A stretch of 64,000 nt of DNA, from assembly GCA_964291265.2 (NCBI GenBank), contig OZ219747.1, positions 4,224,001 to 4,288,000 on the forward strand, written 5' to 3'. Below the pieces are notes generated by a model. The model searched no databases, was not told the DNA's origin, and saw nothing but the letters and a program-made list of their open reading frames with translations. How positions within the stretch are numbered: position 1 is the stretch's first letter; each line of letters begins with the position of its first letter. The stretch comes from Alphaproteobacteria bacterium. Its GTDB lineage: Bacteria; Pseudomonadota; Alphaproteobacteria; SP197. Positions 29,591-39,682 of the stretch are shown one piece after another. A program made the position numbers and the translations under genes.

Positions 29591-30121
29591 GTGTATTGTC
29601 GAGCCATTTTGCGTCCGGGTCCACCCCCGCTCTCGAGACGGACGGTGTGCACGACAGGACGACTGTTCAACTGCAGGCGGTGCCAACAGCAGGTTGTTCT
29701 CTGCCGGTCGTGTGACCGGGGGCATGTGTATTGCTCCGATGAGTGCAGGGAGCGGTCCCGGATCGAGCGGCGCCGCGCGTCGCGTCGTCGCTACCAGAGC
29801 ACGCTGAGGGGCCGTGAGACGGGCCGTCACCGCCAGCGGCGTTACCGGCTCCGCAAGGCGGAGGAGGCGCGTGCGTTGAAGGCCAGGGCGGCGATGCTTG
29901 CCGAGATCATGGACACGCAGACGTCTGCTGTGGTGCTGCTTGGCGACGTTCCGGCGGTGTCTGGAGACGCCGGTTCCGAAGAAATCGTTACGGACCACCC
30001 TTCCCGACTGCTGCCGACCTCCCTACCTGCGGTTGTGAAGGCGCAAGAGCGACGCGAATCGCCGCTTCGGTGCGCCCGTTGCGGACGGGTCGTGACGCAT
30101 GTGGTGCTGAGGGACCCGTGA
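29591..30121 (+). CDS. Cys-rich putative Zn-binding, Arg-rich protein (ORF1, copy C)
   Basis: CxxC-CxxC-CxxxC cluster, Arg-rich helix, terminal CARCG; start uncertain. Confidence 0.7.
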   Translation: MYCRAILRPGPPPLSRRTVCTTGRLFNCRRCQQQVVLCRSCDRGHVYCSDECRERSRIERRRASRRRYQSTLRGRETGRHRQRRYRLRKAEEARALKARAAMLAEIMDTQTSAVVLLGDVPAVSGDAGSEEIVTDHPSRLLPTSLPAVVKAQERRESPLRCARCGRVVTHVVLRDP

Positions 30122-30153
30122 TGCGGCGTTGAGGAACCAAAGGGAGGGAGTTC

Positions 30154-31647
30154 ATGGCGATCGACGAGGACACGCGGGCGACGATCGTGCGGCTGTCGCG
30201 GGCCGAGGGCTGGGCTGTGGGGACGATTGCCCGGCATCTCGGCGTGCACCACGGCACGGTGACGCGGGCGCTCAAGGCGTCGGGGCAGGAGCGGCGGCCG
30301 CGGGCCAAGCTCATCGACCCCTTCGTTGCCTTCCTCGGGGAGCGTCTTGAGGCGTCGCCGGACCTTCCGGCCAGCACGCTCTGGCGACAGGTCGTGGCCC
30401 TGGGCTACCGCGGCGGCGAGGATCACTTCCGTCACGACCTGCGCCGCCTTGGGCTGAGGCCGGTGAAGAGGCCCGAGCCGTCGCTGCGGCTGAGCTTCCT
30501 TCCGGGCGAGCAGGCGCAGGTTGACTGGGCCGAGTTCGGGAAGGTCCGCATTGGCCGGGCGGAGCGCAGGCTCATGGGGCTTCTCGTCACCCTCAGCTAC
30601 TCGCGCCAGACTGTCCTGAGCCTGTTCCACGACGCGCGGATGGCCAGCTTCCTGCAAGGCCATGTCGAGGCTTTCGCGGCATTCGGGGGTGTGCCGCGGA
30701 GGCTTCTGTACGACAACCTGAAGAGTGCCGTGGTGACGCGCCGCGGCAAGGCGGTCACCTATCATCCGATGCTGCTCGGCCTTGCGGCCCACTATGCCTT
30801 CGAACCGAGCGCCGCCTGGCCCAGGAGCCCGCAGGAGAAGGGCCGCGTGGAACGCCGTGTGCGCTTCGCGCGCACCGGGTTCTTCGCCGGGCGCGACATC
30901 ACGGTCCCGCTCGGCGAGCTCAACGCCGCGGTTCGGGAGTGGTGCTTCGGCGCCGCCGCGGAGCGGCCCTGGCCGGACGACGACAGTCTCCTGGTGCGGG
31001 ACGCCTTCGCCCGGGAGAGGGAGCACCTGATCGTCCTTCCCGCCGATCCCTTCCCGCATCACGAGGTCCGCCCGGTGCGCATCGACAAGACCTGCCACGC
31101 CCGCTTCGACACCAACGACTACAGCGTTCCGGGTAGCTTCTCCAAGGCCCTGCTGACGCTGGTCGCCGACCGCGACGAGGTTCGCATCCTCGACGGCGCC
31201 GACGAGGTCGCGCGCCACCGACGCTCCTACGACAGGAAGCAGGCCGTCACCGATCCGGAGCATGCCAGGGCGATCGCCGCGGGCAAGCGGCGGGCCCGCT
31301 CCATGAGCGTCCGCGACCGGGTCCTGCGCACCGTGCCGCGGGCCGAGGAGATGCTGGCGCGCGCCGGGACCAACGGGCGCAACGTGGCCTCCTGCGCCCG
31401 GATGCTGGAGACGCTTCTCAACGCGCACGGCGCCGACGCTCTCGACCGGGCTGTCGCCACGGCCCTGGAGCGCGGCTCGTGCCACCCCGAAACCGTGCGC
31501 GTCATCATCGAGGAGCGCCGCCGGGAGCAGGGCCTGCCGCCCCTCAGCATCGCCGACGACGGCCGCGGCGGCCGTGGCACGACGCCGCGGGGGACCGCTC
31601 TCGACGCCTACGACAGGCCCGAAGCCAGCGCCAGGAACAAGACATGA
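30154..31647 (+). CDS. istA: IS21 transposase IstA (copy C)
   Basis: DDE motifs QVDW / YDN / KGRVER. Confidence 0.93.
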   Translation: MAIDEDTRATIVRLSRAEGWAVGTIARHLGVHHGTVTRALKASGQERRPRAKLIDPFVAFLGERLEASPDLPASTLWRQVVALGYRGGEDHFRHDLRRLGLRPVKRPEPSLRLSFLPGEQAQVDWAEFGKVRIGRAERRLMGLLVTLSYSRQTVLSLFHDARMASFLQGHVEAFAAFGGVPRRLLYDNLKSAVVTRRGKAVTYHPMLLGLAAHYAFEPSAAWPRSPQEKGRVERRVRFARTGFFAGRDITVPLGELNAAVREWCFGAAAERPWPDDDSLLVRDAFAREREHLIVLPADPFPHHEVRPVRIDKTCHARFDTNDYSVPGSFSKALLTLVADRDEVRILDGADEVARHRRSYDRKQAVTDPEHARAIAAGKRRARSMSVRDRVLRTVPRAEEMLARAGTNGRNVASCARMLETLLNAHGADALDRAVATALERGSCHPETVRVIIEERRREQGLPPLSIADDGRGGRGTTPRGTALDAYDRPEASARNKT

Positions 31648-32345
31648 GCAACCTCAGGGAGCGTGCCCGGGCGCTCGGCCTCCACGGGCTCGTCGAACGC
31701 TGGGACGAGGTCGCCGGGACCGCATGGATCGAGGAGGTGGTCAGCGGCGAGGAACAGGCCCGCAGGGCCCGCAGCCACGAGCGCCGCCGCGCCGCGGCGC
31801 GGCTGCCCGCCTTCAAGCCCCTGGCGGACTTCGACTGGACATGGCCGCGCGACATCAGCCGGGCTCATGTCGAAGCGCTCCTCGGCCTCGGCTTCGTCGA
31901 CCGTGCGGACAACGCCGTGCTCGTCGGCGGGCAGGGCACCGGAAAGACCATGATCGCCGCCAACGTGGCGCACCAGGCCCTGCTGCACGGCCACACCGTC
32001 CGCTTCGAGAAGGCGCCGGAACTGCTCGAGGCACTCGCCGAGACCGTCTCGCGCAGCGAGCTGCGCCGCCGCCTCGCGATCCTCGCCAGGCCCCGCCTGC
32101 TCGTCCTCGACGAAATCGGCTACGTGACCCTCGAAAGCCACCATGCCGACATCCTCTACGCCATCGTCTCGCGGCGCTATCAGCGCCGCTCGACCATGGT
32201 CACGACAAGCCTCGCCTTCGCCCAGTGGGACCGCGTCTTCCCCAGCGCCTCCGGCATCGCCGGCACCGTCGACCGGCTCATGCACGACGCAACCCTCATC
32301 TCCATCGACAGCGACTCCTGGCGGCTCAGGCGTGAAACCCGATAA
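31644..32345 (+). CDS. istB: IS21 helper ATPase IstB (copy C)
   Basis: Walker A and B motifs; ATGA overlap with istA. Confidence 0.92.
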   Translation: MSNLRERARALGLHGLVERWDEVAGTAWIEEVVSGEEQARRARSHERRRAAARLPAFKPLADFDWTWPRDISRAHVEALLGLGFVDRADNAVLVGGQGTGKTMIAANVAHQALLHGHTVRFEKAPELLEALAETVSRSELRRRLAILARPRLLVLDEIGYVTLESHHADILYAIVSRRYQRRSTMVTTSLAFAQWDRVFPSASGIAGTVDRLMHDATLISIDSDSWRLRRETR

Positions 32346-33225
32346 ACCCCGCCGCGTCGACTTCGACGCCGTCAAGCGCATGCCGTTCGAACGCATCGCC
32401 GCCGACTGGGGATACGTCCGCGACGAACAGGCCTCGACACGCGCCAACCCCGTCCTGTGCGCACCCGGCCTGCCGAAGCTCGTCACGAAGTGCCTCAACA
32501 ACGGACACTGGGTCTACTTCAACACCCAGAACGATGAAGACAACGGAACCGTCATCGACTTCATGCTCAACCGCGGACTGGCCTTCGCCGACATCTGCAC
32601 CCGCTTCACAGCACCCGACACCGCGCCACGCGACTTCCGCAGCCTCTGGGCCGCGGCAACGCCCGATGCGGCCCCGGACTGGCTCACCGGGCGCGGCATC
32701 CTCCCGGAGACCCTCGACACCTGCCGCCCCCTGGTCCGCCGCGACCACAACGGACGCGTCCTCTTCGCCCATCGCAACAGGAAGCGAAAGCTCACCGGCT
32801 TCGAGATCGGTCCCCCCGACGGACCGAAACGCTTCGCCACCGGTGGAACCCGAAGCCTGTTCGCCGTCCGCGCCGGAACCGCCGCGGACCTCGAGGCCCT
32901 CGTCATCACCGAAAGCGCCGTCGACGCCCTCAGCCTGGCCCAGATCGACCAATGTCCCCCCAGCCACGCCTTCCTCTCCACCGCCGGGGCACCCTCGCGA
33001 AGACAGCACGAACAGATCAGCCTCGCCGCAAGCAGCCTGCCCAACGTCAGGACCATCGTCCTCGCCCAGGACCACGACGAGGCCGGAGAGCGACAGGCCG
33101 AAACCCTGCGCAAAAAGATGAAGCTCCCCTCCCACGTCTCGTTCCACAGACGCAGACCGCCGGAAAACGCCGACTGGAACGACGTCGTCAACGCCAGGAC
33201 CAAAGAACCACAAGCGAGATCATGA
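32332..33225 (+). CDS. DUF3991/Toprim-domain primase-like protein (ORF4, copy C)
   Basis: Same motifs as copies A and B. Confidence 0.8.
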   Translation: MKPDKPRRVDFDAVKRMPFERIAADWGYVRDEQASTRANPVLCAPGLPKLVTKCLNNGHWVYFNTQNDEDNGTVIDFMLNRGLAFADICTRFTAPDTAPRDFRSLWAAATPDAAPDWLTGRGILPETLDTCRPLVRRDHNGRVLFAHRNRKRKLTGFEIGPPDGPKRFATGGTRSLFAVRAGTAADLEALVITESAVDALSLAQIDQCPPSHAFLSTAGAPSRRQHEQISLAASSLPNVRTIVLAQDHDEAGERQAETLRKKMKLPSHVSFHRRRPPENADWNDVVNARTKEPQARS

Positions 33226-33251
33226 CCACGTCCGTCACAAGGAGACCACTC

Positions 33252-33542
33252 ATGCCCCTCACGCCCGCCGAAAAGCAGCGGCGATACCGGGAACGGCGCA
33301 AGGCCGGCATCCCTCCCGTCCACACCCCAAAGCACCGTGACCGGCGCTCGCGACCGCAACGCTGGAACGACGCCGTGGCCGAACTGCGCGCCCTGCAGGA
33401 CGAATGGCGTGACCACCTCGACAGCATCCCCGAAACCCTCCGTGACACGCCTTACGGAGAACGCCTGCAGAGCGTCGCCGATGCCGACATCGAGGCCCTC
33501 GAGGACATCGAACCGCCACGCGGCTACGGAAGGGATACGTGA
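33252..33542 (+). CDS. Small basic hypothetical protein (ORF5, copy C)
   Basis: 96 aa, AAGGAGA RBS, ends EPPRGYGRDT. Confidence 0.7.
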   Translation: MPLTPAEKQRRYRERRKAGIPPVHTPKHRDRRSRPQRWNDAVAELRALQDEWRDHLDSIPETLRDTPYGERLQSVADADIEALEDIEPPRGYGRDT

Positions 33543-34495
33543 TCCCGCAAGACCCTTGAACGCGGTCACGCGTTACCATCCAGGAATGAGAACGTCTCAC
33601 CCCGACGCGCTTCTCAGCCTCCCCGGGGAAACCCCCGGGCCGTCCAAACGACACCGCATCACGAGACTGCCGCAGCCGCTGGCCGGACTGGCTTACAGGT
33701 CGCAGCATCCGCCCGAAAACACTCGACGCCTGCCGCACCCTGCAGGACGAATGGCGTGACCGCCTCGACAGCATCCCCGAAACCCTCCGTGACACGCCTT
33801 ACGGAGAACGCCTGCAGAGCGTCGCCGATGCCGACATCGAGGCCCTCGAGGACATCGAACCGCCACGCGGCTACGGAAGGGATACGTGATCCCGCAAGAC
33901 CCTTGAACGCGGTCACGCGTTACCATCCAGGAATGAGAACGTCTCACCCCGACGCGCCTCTCAGCCTCCCCGGGAAACCCCCGGGCCGTCCAAACGACAC
34001 CACATCACGAGACTGCCGCAGCCGCTGAGCCGCAGCAACGCCCGATCCGCCGCCGGGCTGGCTCACAGGTCGCAGCATCCGCCCGAAAACACTCAACGCC
34101 TCCCGCACCCTGCGCCGCCGCAACCGCAACGCACACAGCCTCTTCGCCCAGCGCAACAGAAACCGTAAGCTCTCCAGCCTCAAGATCGTCCCGCCCGACG
34201 AACCACGACGAGGCCGGAGAACGCCAGAACGAAACCACGCGCAAAAGCCTGAAGCTCCCCTCCCACATCACGTTCCACAAACGCCGAACGCCAGAAAACG
34301 CCGACCGGAACGACATCGTCACAACGTCAACGTCAATGCAAGACCAATGGGATCCAACAATAGGCAGAAAACAAAGACCGGGCGGACCTTCGTCCAATGC
34401 CGCACGTTCTCCTACCGTGGTCACCCACTCACACGATCAGCGCCCAAAAGAGCGGTTCTCCGCCAATATCCCGCCGTTCTAAATCGCCGCCGACA

Positions 34496-34941
34496 CGTGC
34501 CTCACCTATGACGAATGCCTGCAGGTTCGCAGCCGCTGCGATCACCCCATGAAGCTTGATGAATGCGTCACTGGCACTGACGTTGTCGGACGCATTGTCG
34601 CCGACCGCTCGGCCGAAGTCGTCTGCCTGAAGATCTCCAACCTCGGCGGCCTCACAAGGGCACGCCGGGCGCGTGACTTCCTCGTGGCGCACGGAATTGA
34701 GGTTGTGTGCGAGGACACGTGGGGTGGCGAGATCTGCACGGCCACCTGCGCCCACTTCGCGGCCTCGACACCAGCAGCCTTCCTGTCGAGCACGACAGAC
34801 CTGCACAACTACAACACGGCCTCCTCCGGCATACCTCCGCCCCGGATCGCCGACGGCCGGCTCTTCGCCCCCGATGGTCCGGGGCTCGGGGTCGAACCCG
34901 ATTACAACAGCATCGGTCTTCCCGTTGCCGTGTTCCCCTGA
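34496..34941 (+). pseudogene. Mandelate racemase/MLE family gene, 3' part
   Basis: CLTYDECL...MKLDE, LKISNLGGLT, EDTWGG, AHFAAST, PGLGVEP. Confidence 0.88.
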
Positions 34942-35051
34942 TCAAGGCAGGATGACACCCTTGACTGAATGACGACGTCATGGGGCGATGAGCCTGTGGT
35001 TCGGGGTCGCCTGCCCTGCCCACCAAGCGGCCAGTGGAGGACCGACCCGGC

Positions 35052-35399
35052 ATGGCGAACGATACCGAGTACCAACAGACCGCCTGTCGACTGGGAGAAT
35101 GCGCGCAGACTGGCTGCCGTCGCGGGCGCATGCCGTTTCGTCTGGAACGCCATGCTCGACTGGCAGGAGCAACTCGTTGCAGCGACGAGACTGGCGGGAC
35201 AGGCACAGCCAGACGCCGGCTCGCGTCCGTCTCGGGCGGTCTGCAACAAGCGTGGCGTGTGGCCTTGCGGACCGCAACATCAGGCGTCGGGGACTGACGC
35301 ATCTGCACGTGGAGGGGGTTTTGCCGTCAGGCACTTCGATGACTCGTGAAACGCATCGCTCAACTGGCGGCGTGAGCCATTCAGACAACGATGTAAGTC
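35052..35399 (+). pseudogene. Internally deleted TnpB (IS200/IS605 family) relic
   Basis: ENARRLAAVAGACRFVWNAMLD (OrfB HTH) joined to a C-terminal-like ASGTDASARGG tail; boundaries approximate. Confidence 0.65.
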
Positions 35400-35402
35400 C
35401 CG

Positions 35403-37814
35403 TCAGGAGCGCATGCGGCCGCCGTTGGCATCCCAGAGACACTGCCCGAGGATCCGGGCCGGATAGCGTTCGCCGTTGATCTCGACTTCGAGGGCCGTAT
35501 CGCCTGCGGCGAGTTCCGTTGGTACGTAGCCCATGGCCACCGATGCATTCGAATTGTGCGCGAACCCCCCGGACGACACGTACCCCACGGCCTCGCCATC
35601 CCTGAGAATGGCTTCGTCCGCCGAAACGTCGATGTCATCGGTCTCGACCCTCATCGTGACGAGCTTCCTGGAGGGACCCTCTTCCCTCATTCTCGAGGCG
35701 GCCTCCTTGCCGACGAAATCCTTCGTCCAATCGATGAAAACATCGAGACCACTCTCCCCAGCCGTGAAATCGGGCCGGTAGTCGAGACCCCACACTCCCC
35801 ATGACTTCTCGAGGCGCAGACTCATCAGGGCCCGGGCGCCATACCAGCGCAGGCCCTGGTCGACCCCCACCCTCCCGACCTCTTCTCCAAGCCGCAGCAG
35901 GCAGGATGGATGCGTGTAGATCTCGTAGCCGAGTTCGCCGGAAAACGAGATGCGGTTGAGCAGCACGGGCACGCCGCCCACGACCGTTTCACGGCAATCG
36001 CGGAACCTGAGCGCACTGGCCGACACGTCGTCACGGGTGAGCTCCGCCAGCAGGTCTCTCGACGAGGGTCCCGACAACGCGATGCCGTGAAGGTCCGCCG
36101 ACATGTTGCGATAGCCGACTCCGGTTTCCGGCAGCGCCGCCTCGAACCAGCGGCGATGGGCGTTCTGCATCACGCCTGAGCCGATGACGACAAACCGGTC
36201 TTCCGCCAGGCAGGCCACCGTGAGGTCACCGGCGAGCCTGCCCTTCGCTGTCAGCATCGGCGTCAGGGTCAGCCGGCCCGGGCCCGGCAAGCGCCCGGCA
36301 AGCAGACGGTCGAGCATGGGTCTCGCACCGGGGCCCCGAAACTCGTGCTTGGCGAAGTTGGCGATCTCGATGGCCCCCACCTTCGTGCGCACCGCACCGA
36401 CTTCCCGGGCGACGTAGTGATGGGCCCTCGAACGCCGGAAGGTGGGATCCTCGAAGGCGTCATCGGCACCGTCGGCAAACCACAGCGCATGCTCAAGGCC
36501 GAACGCCTGGTCCCAGACGGCACCCTTCACCGTGAGCCTGTCGTAGAGCGCCGTCGTCATCTGGCGGCGCCCCTTGGGCAGTGTCTCGTTGGGAAAGGTC
36601 ATGACGAACCGGCGTTCATAGTTCTCGGCGCTCTTGGTGGTGCCCCAGTCCGGTGTCGCGAAGTCGCCGAAGCGGGCGATGTCCATGGCCCAAACATCGA
36701 TTCCGGGTTCGCCCGAGATCATCCATTCGGCCATGCACAGACCCACACCGCCTGCCTGGCAGAATCCGGCCATCACGCCGACGGCCACCCAGTAGTTTCT
36801 CATGCCCGGGACAGGACCGATCATCGGATTGCCATCGGGGCCGAACGTGAAGGGACCGTTGATGATGTTCCTGATGCCGGCCTCGCGGAGTGCGGGAATG
36901 CGCTCGAATCCGAGTTCAAGCCTTTCGGCAATGTTGTCGAGCTGCGGTTGCAGGAGTTCGTGGCCGAAGTCCGCCGGGGTTCCGTCAACGGACCAGGGCG
37001 TGGCACGCGGCTCGTAGGTCCCGAGCAACATGCCGTTTCGCTCCTGGCGGAAGTACATGTTGCCCTCGTAGTCGATCCCGGCCGGCAAGCGCTCCTCTCG
37101 CTCGACGATCTCCGGAATGTCCTCGGTGATGAGGTAATGGTGTTCCATGGGCTGGACGGGCAGGTGGATGCCAGCCATCCGTCCCACTTCGCGGGCCCAC
37201 AGCCCGGCGGCATTGACCACGTGTTCGGCGTGAACGGTGCCCCTGTCCGTCACCACGTCCCACGTGCCATCGGTGCGCTGGCTGGTCTCCACGACAGGGG
37301 TGTGCGTGCGAAAGTCCGCGCCGAGGACGCGCGCCGCCCGCGCATAGGCGTGGGTCACACCGGACGGGTCGATGTCGCCATCAAGCGGGTCCCAAAGGGC
37401 GGCAATGTAGCGGGAGGGATCGATCAGCGGATGGCGTCTGGCCGCTTCCTCGACGCTGATGAACTCCTGGTCCAGACCCATGTACCGTGCCTTGGACCGC
37501 TCCCGCTTGAGATAGTCGTGCCAGGCATCGTTGGAGGCGAGATAGAAGCCTCCGGTGTTGTGAAGCCCTACGGACTGGCCGGACAGTTCCTCGAGTTCGG
37601 CGTAGAGATTGATCGTGTATCCTTGGAGTCTCGAGATGTTGGGATCCGAGGAGATGGTGTGTATCTGTCCCGCGGCATGCCAGGATGAACCCGACGTGAG
37701 CTCGCTTCTCTCCAGGAGCAAGGTCTCCTTCCACCCGTGCCTGGCAAGGTGGAAGAGGATGGAACAGCCGACCACCCCGCCGCCGATGATGGCAACCCTG
37801 ACATGGTGCTGCAC
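35403..37814 (-). CDS. Dimethylglycine dehydrogenase-like FAD oxidoreductase with GcvT domain
   Basis: IIGGGVVG, LTSGSSWHAAG, INGPFTFGPDGNP, SFSGELGYEI, SLRLEK. Confidence 0.9.
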   Translation of the reverse strand: MQHHVRVAIIGGGVVGCSILFHLARHGWKETLLLERSELTSGSSWHAAGQIHTISSDPNISRLQGYTINLYAELEELSGQSVGLHNTGGFYLASNDAWHDYLKRERSKARYMGLDQEFISVEEAARRHPLIDPSRYIAALWDPLDGDIDPSGVTHAYARAARVLGADFRTHTPVVETSQRTDGTWDVVTDRGTVHAEHVVNAAGLWAREVGRMAGIHLPVQPMEHHYLITEDIPEIVEREERLPAGIDYEGNMYFRQERNGMLLGTYEPRATPWSVDGTPADFGHELLQPQLDNIAERLELGFERIPALREAGIRNIINGPFTFGPDGNPMIGPVPGMRNYWVAVGVMAGFCQAGGVGLCMAEWMISGEPGIDVWAMDIARFGDFATPDWGTTKSAENYERRFVMTFPNETLPKGRRQMTTALYDRLTVKGAVWDQAFGLEHALWFADGADDAFEDPTFRRSRAHHYVAREVGAVRTKVGAIEIANFAKHEFRGPGARPMLDRLLAGRLPGPGRLTLTPMLTAKGRLAGDLTVACLAEDRFVVIGSGVMQNAHRRWFEAALPETGVGYRNMSADLHGIALSGPSSRDLLAELTRDDVSASALRFRDCRETVVGGVPVLLNRISFSGELGYEIYTHPSCLLRLGEEVGRVGVDQGLRWYGARALMSLRLEKSWGVWGLDYRPDFTAGESGLDVFIDWTKDFVGKEAASRMREEGPSRKLVTMRVETDDIDVSADEAILRDGEAVGYVSSGGFAHNSNASVAMGYVPTELAAGDTALEVEINGERYPARILGQCLWDANGGRMRS

Positions 37815-37858
37815 GTCACTCTCCCGCTAAGGCTGGTTCGGGAACGCCGGTCCGGCCG

Positions 37859-39682
37859 TCATGAAGACCATGATCTGAACTCGTCCTCGGTCCGGTGGCA
37901 TTCGATCCGGTGGCCCCCGTCGAGATGCCGGACCGGCGGAGTCTCGCGGTCGCAGGTGCCGGCCATGGCAAGGGGGCAGCGTGAGTGGAACGGGCACCCG
38001 ACCTCGATAATCTCGACGACGCGATCGATGCCGGCCTTCGCCTCCCGGGTTTGCATGGTCTGTTCGAGCCAGCCGACACGCAGTTCGGGAACCGACGAAA
38101 TCAGCAACCTTGTATAGGGGTGCCAGGGGGGTGACAGCACGTGATCCGCGGTTCCCTGCTCGACAACGCGTCCGGCATAGAGAACGACGACATCGTCAGC
38201 GAAGGACGACACGGTGGAGAGGTCGTGACTGATGAAGACGAACGACACGCCAAGCCGCTTGCGCAGGCGCCTGAGAAGCTCGATCACGTTGGCGCCAACG
38301 ATTGAATCGAGGGCCGAGATGACCTCGTCGCACAACAGGATCTCGGGGGTCGCCGCCAGGGCCCGTGCCAGGTTGACGCGCTGCTTCTGGCCTCCCGACA
38401 ACTCCTCGGGATAGCGCCCGGCAAACTCCTGCGGCAGTTCGACCATGTCGAGGAGTTCAGCGATGCGCCGCCGCCGGTCCTTGCGCGACATGCTGAAGTA
38501 GAAGTCAAGGGGACGTCCGAGAATCTGGTCGATGCGCTGCCGGGGGTTGAGCGCCGTGTCCGCCATCTGAAAGACGAACTGGATCTTCTGCAACTGGTGG
38601 CGAGGCCTCTGCTCGAGCCCCGGCGAGAGCACCTCGCCATCGAGCCGCACCTCGCCCCGGGCGGCCGGCAGCAGACCCGAGATGACGCGCGCCAGGGTCG
38701 ACTTGCCGCAGCCCGATTCGCCGATCACCCCCAGGGAATGGCCGCGTTCCAGGGCAATGCTGACATCCTGCAGCACCGGAATGGTCGGCCGACCTTCCCT
38801 CACCCTGCCATAACCTGCCGTCAGGTCCCTCACCTCCAGGGCCGGGACGTCGCGGCGGTGCTCGCCGGTCGTCTCCTCACCCTGCCCGGCCTCCGGCGGT
38901 GGCCGCACGGCCGCCATGAGGCGGCGCGTATAGTCGTGACCGGGCTGGTTCACGATCTGGTCGGCCGACCCGTACTCCTGAATCTTGCCGGCATAGAGAA
39001 CGACGATGCGATCGGCGATCTGTGCCACAACGGAAAGATCGTGTGTCACGTAGATGGCCGCGGCGCCTTCCTGCTGGATGACATGCTTGAAGGCCTTGAG
39101 GACCTCGATCTGCGTCGTCACGTCCAGCGCCGTGGTCGGCTCGTCGAGCACCAGGAGATCTGGCTTGCCGCAGAGAGCCATGGCGGCCATGAGACGCTGC
39201 AGCTGACCGCCTGATACCTGATGGGGGTATCGCCGGCCGAGGCGATCGGGATCGGGAAGCTCAAGTGATCGATAGAGATGTTCGGCCCGTCCGTTCGCGT
39301 CTGCCTGCGACATGGACCCGGACAACACGGGTGTTTCCGTGACCTGCTCGCCGATGGTGAGCGCCGGGTTGAAGCAGGCGGCGGCACTCTGCGCCAGGTA
39401 GGCAACCCGTTGACCACGAATCTGGCGCTTTTCCTCGGGCTCCATGGCGATGACGTCACGACCCGCCAGTCTCACCTCGCCGCTCGTGAACTCCAGCCCG
39501 GGCTTCGTGTAACCCAGCGCCGAAAGGGCAATCGTCGTCTTTCCGGAACCCGACTCGCCAATCAGCGCCACCACCTCGCCACTGTGGACGGAAAAACTCA
39601 CGTTCCTGACGATGGGCAGCAGCGAACCATCATCGATACGCGCATCGATGACGAGGGAATCGACGTCGAGGACGAGCGCCAT
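37859..39682 (-). CDS. Peptide/opine/nickel-type ABC transporter, fused double ATPase
   Basis: GESGSGKT and GESGCGKS, VSGGQ / LSGGQ, C-terminal CPFHSRC. Confidence 0.93.
   Translation of the reverse strand: MALVLDVDSLVIDARIDDGSLLPIVRNVSFSVHSGEVVALIGESGSGKTTIALSALGYTKPGLEFTSGEVRLAGRDVIAMEPEEKRQIRGQRVAYLAQSAAACFNPALTIGEQVTETPVLSGSMSQADANGRAEHLYRSLELPDPDRLGRRYPHQVSGGQLQRLMAAMALCGKPDLLVLDEPTTALDVTTQIEVLKAFKHVIQQEGAAAIYVTHDLSVVAQIADRIVVLYAGKIQEYGSADQIVNQPGHDYTRRLMAAVRPPPEAGQGEETTGEHRRDVPALEVRDLTAGYGRVREGRPTIPVLQDVSIALERGHSLGVIGESGCGKSTLARVISGLLPAARGEVRLDGEVLSPGLEQRPRHQLQKIQFVFQMADTALNPRQRIDQILGRPLDFYFSMSRKDRRRRIAELLDMVELPQEFAGRYPEELSGGQKQRVNLARALAATPEILLCDEVISALDSIVGANVIELLRRLRKRLGVSFVFISHDLSTVSSFADDVVVLYAGRVVEQGTADHVLSPPWHPYTRLLISSVPELRVGWLEQTMQTREAKAGIDRVVEIIEVGCPFHSRCPLAMAGTCDRETPPVRHLDGGHRIECHRTEDEFRSWSS

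Larger units (their letters stand above)
13410..34495 (+). mobile_element. 21,086-bp composite insertion bounded by two direct copies of the IS21-type element
   Basis: CGTGC at 13405-13409 and 34496-34500; removing the insertion restores IEQPC-LTYDECL in frame. Confidence 0.92.
29167..34495 (+). mobile_element. IS21-type element copy C (5329 bp), all five ORFs open
   Basis: Both termini intact; near-identical to copies A and B. Confidence 0.95.
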
